Part shown: piece after piece, positions 60,436 to 64,000 of the stretch
Layout: each line of letters opens with the position of its first letter
How positions within the stretch are numbered: position 1 is the stretch's first letter
DNA from: Geosiphon pyriformis uo1
Lineage: Eukaryota > Fungi > Glomeromycota
Reading direction: 5' to 3'
Assembly (NCBI GenBank): GCA_016748015.1
Contig: JAAOMT010000706.1
Span: 44,577 to 108,576 of the forward strand
Length of the DNA: 64,000 nt
Notes under the pieces: model-generated
What the model was told of the DNA's origin: nothing
Databases searched by the model: none
What the model saw: only the letters and a program-made list of their open reading frames with translations
Translations under genes and position numbers: made by a program

Positions 60436-63400
60436 TTTTTTGTTTAAAACTATTAAAAACAATAAAAAAAATTTTTATTTTTTTATTTTTTATTTTAAAT
60501 TTTCAATTATTTTAATAAAATAATTAATTATACCATGATTTAAAAATTTGTAATTAGATATTATTTTTAAAATATATATGATAATATTTTTTATATTAAT
60601 TAAATTAAAAATAATAAAAATAATATCAAAATATATATATCTTAAGATTTAAGTTGTTGTATTTATATAAACAGCAAAACCAATTATATAATATTAAAAT
60701 ATTAAAAAGTATATTAATTAAAAAAATTATTAATAGAATAAGTTTAAGTTAAAAAACATAATAAAAAATAAAAAAAAAACAAACAAATTAATTAATTCAA
60801 CTTTATAATATAATCAAATATTAGTTAAAAAACCAAAAATGTATTATTTGACAATACATTAAAAAATATTATTATTTTTTAAAATTAAAAATATAATTAC
60901 AAAGATTTTAAAAATAATAAAATTATAAGTTTAAAAATTTTTTCACTAATTTAATATGTACTATAAAAATTTTAACTATAAAAAACAATTTTACAAGTTT
61001 ATATAAAAAAATTATATATAATATTAAAAGATAATATAAAATAATAATAATAAATATGGCCAAATGTTAATATATATTTATCTTAATAAATAAATTGATA
61101 TTGATATTATTCAAATTAAAAAAATATTATTGTTTTTGTTAGCATAATTATTATATTGTTAAATAAGAAAAACCAGTTTTGTATAATTAAACCAAGAGTA
61201 TTTTTTTTAAAAAATAAACGGGTTTAGAAACAGTAATAATAGTTTCAAAATATTTAAAAAATACAAAACTGTTACTTTGTAGTATATAAAAAAAATTAAT
61301 TACTGCTGATTAGAATAATCGTTTTTTGATATCTTGTTTTTTTGCTTATTTGAAAAGTGTCAAGAAAAATATTAAAGAAATAAAAGTTTTATAATAGAGT
61401 TAATGTTAAAAAATTTTCAAGACTTTCAATAATAGTTAAAAATGTTTTTACTATGGTTTCTTTAGAAAGAATTTTAATTTGAAAAAATTATTAGCCAAAA
61501 AAAAATGCTTCAATAAAAATTAAAAGTTTGTTTTAGATTTGTAAAATAGTTTATCTAATTGTTTTATTTTATTTTATTTAACGAGTGCAGCCTAACCACT
61601 ACTTACTAATTGTTTTTATCATTATAAATTTAATAAATTATATAAGTTAATTAATTATTTTTATTTAATTTTGTTAACTTAAATTTAAAATTTTATAACA
61701 AAAATTATTAGTTTTATTATTATTAAATATATTATTATGACTAAAAACTAATTATAATTCTAAAAATATTTGTTTGATTAAGATCTTTATGTTTATAAAC
61801 ATTATAAATTTGTTTACTTTTTTTACAAATTTAATTTATAATTTATTAATAATCTTATTACCAAATATATATATGTTTACTAAAGAACAAAAAAATAAAT
61901 TAAAATTTATTAAAATTTAAAAAGTGGTTTTTAATTAATCTCTTGTGCAGGATTTGAATTAATTAATTTTGAGAGACAAATAAATCTGGTTTATTGGCTT
62001 GGGTAATTAAGAAGATAGCTATAAAATCTTGATATTTTTATTAAAATTTAATAAAAATAAAAAATTCAAGCTCATTTGATTGAGCTTTTCAAAAAATTGA
62101 AAAAAATTGATTTGGGTAATGTTAAATTTTTATACAGCAGTAAATTATAAAGCTTAGTCACACGAATTTGAAAAGGTTTTTTCAAATATTGTTTTAAACT
62201 GAATAGAATTAAATAGTAGAAGATTGTTTAAATAAAATTATTGAAGACGATATTTATAACAAAATATCAATATCCAAGCGTTACAATGAAAAAAATTATA
62301 GAAAAAAAAACACTTTAACCAAAACATATTAAAGTCTAATTACTTTCTCTTTCTCAATCCCAGCCGTCTGCCTAATACTATTCCGTGTTTTGAAATGGTA
62401 TTGTAAAACTACCATAGCTTCCCGAGCTATCATTCTGTGATTTTTGCCTAATTTAAGTAGTAGGCCAGACCCACCGCCATTTTTTACTTGTTGCAGCTAT
62501 CATTTAAACTTTTTAAAAGTGATATGCATCGGGTTTTTTAACTTTGAGAGAGAAAAGAATTTTAGACATTTTTGGATTACTTTTGTTAGTGTCATTGAAG
62601 AGGTAAAAGTAAAGTGGTTACTTGAAAATTCTTCAAAAGGCAATATAAAATTTGAACAGTAATTTCGTGAGTGTCACATCAAATATCAATAAACCAAGTT
62701 AGAGTCACACACGGAAAAGATCTCTGCTACACACTTTCTTTACGGAACCCTTTTTTCGGAAAATCACTTGTCAGGAATCTGAAAAATCTCCTTTTGTTTT
62801 GTTAATCTGATTGTGTGTTTGAAAATTAGCGGTTATCATGAATGATGTGTGGTATGAATTATCCGTTGTTCTTGTATAGTTTCTAAAAACTGATATTAAA
62901 ACAATAGTGTTTGTATGTGATGTATCAATGATGATTTTTTTTTAAGATTGAATTCAAATGCTGAAACTATTTTTAAATGTTTGATCTTTGAAAATAAATC
63001 GTGACTTGATGTTTAATCGAATATTTGAATTCTCAGCCGGATTTTGTTTTATCCATGAAAAATATTTTTAAAATTTTTGACAATAGGATCGATTCACTAT
63101 ATTCCTTTACAATAGGTTAAAAATAATCATTTATGTAACTTAAGAAGTGAAGATGACCATATGTCTTGGATCATTGAAACAAGAATTAATCAAGGAAAAA
63201 GCTGAAATGTTTGATTCTCCATTGTTTCCAAATTCAGTCTAGTTGTTTTTAGCTATTATAAAAGTTTTTCCATAACCAGTTAAGCATTATTGAAATATTT
63301 TGAGAAATCAAATTTTCTAAATCAAAAAAATGATTGAATGTTCATTTTCGTAAAGATTTACAGAAGAGAGAGAGAGGGTGACAAATACGGTACATGTATC

Positions 63401-63840
63401 TTTAAAAAAAAATTTATTTCTTCAATTTGCAGAATAAAATAAAATTGAAATGTTTTTACCTAGTTGACATATGTTGAGCAATCATTTTAAAATAAATAAA
63501 TAAAGATAGTGTATGGTTACATCTACTTAATAAATAAATAAATAAAAATAGATAAATTGACTTTAATAATAATGTTATTCAATTAAATATTAAATAGTCA
63601 CTTACTTGCACGACGATTCTTGCAACCTGTTAATTGAAATTTTTGAGCCAAAGAAATTTTCTGCTAAAATAAATAATGTGTAAAATAAGATGAAAATTTT
63701 TTATTGAATTTGATAATATTTAAAGAAGAAAAAGATTTAGAAAACCAAGGGCCTGGAGTGATGACTTATTCTAAACAATGTTTTCATGTTGTTTGTGTTA
63801 AAAATCTTTTTAATGGTCATCACAATTACAATAAATAATT

Positions 63841-64000
63841 TAAATTGGTTAAATTATATTGAACTAAATAAGTTAAATTGGTTAAATTATATTGAACTAA
63901 ATAAGTTAAATTGGTTAAATTATATTGAACTAAATAAGTTAAATTGGTTAAATTATATTGAACTAAATAAGTTAAATTGGTTAAATTATATTGAACTAAA
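63841..64000 (+). repeat. Perfect 33-bp tandem minisatellite running off the window end
   Basis: Unit TAAATTGGTTAAATTATATTGAACTAAATAAGT at 63841, 63874, 63907, 63940 and 63973 (partial). Copies are identical and have no spacers. Confidence 0.95.

Noticed and set aside
61120-61560. Possible LINE ORF1 relic (FLKINGFR resembling FSRINGFG)
   Set aside because: The similarity is too short and too AT-biased to support a feature call.
62330-62900. GC-richer patch with short open frames
   Set aside because: No identifiable domain, splice model or RNA structure.
14390-63398. Palindrome TACATGTA seen 7 times (14390, 20255, 20951, 23248, 34983, 59591, 63391)
   Set aside because: The excess over chance is modest, and the word consists of the ApC/GpT contexts that preferentially survive here. 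No functional claim is supportable.
63841-64000. Possible CRISPR array
   Set aside because: Units are contiguous and identical with no unique spacers; the context is eukaryotic and there are no cas genes.

Overview
Eukaryotic, intron-rich and very AT-rich DNA. It is most consistent with a Glomeromycotina fungus; a Geosiphon-like origin is inferred from the gene and TE families and is not proven. The window alternates between CpG-containing gene islands and near-pure A/T deserts made of decayed repeats. Apparently intact genes: two class-3 lipase-fold genes that both lack the catalytic serine, a SEL1-repeat (about 24 units, 20 near-identical) + Cys-rich + non-RD kinase gene lying between them, an NmrA-like gene, tRNA-Phe(GAA), an FKBP-TPR immunophilin, an uncharacterised conserved-looking fungal gene and a HotDog thioesterase. 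Decayed sequences: a nearly full-length RNase H-bearing LINE, a far more mutated 5'-truncated copy of it, an RT fragment, a Tc1-type transposase relic, BTB, SAM-NTPase and SEL1 pseudogenes. There is also a young 309-bp MITE with an 8-bp TSD and a perfect 33-bp minisatellite at the window end. Two leads stand out. (1) A two-strand C-to-T hypermutation that erases TEs and multicopy genes, appears to spare ApC/GpT, and so differs from classical CpA RIP. (2) A candidate receptor-type locus: a concertedly evolving SEL1-repeat non-RD kinase flanked by serine-less pseudo-lipases. All identifications come from manual reading and motif recall; no searches were run.
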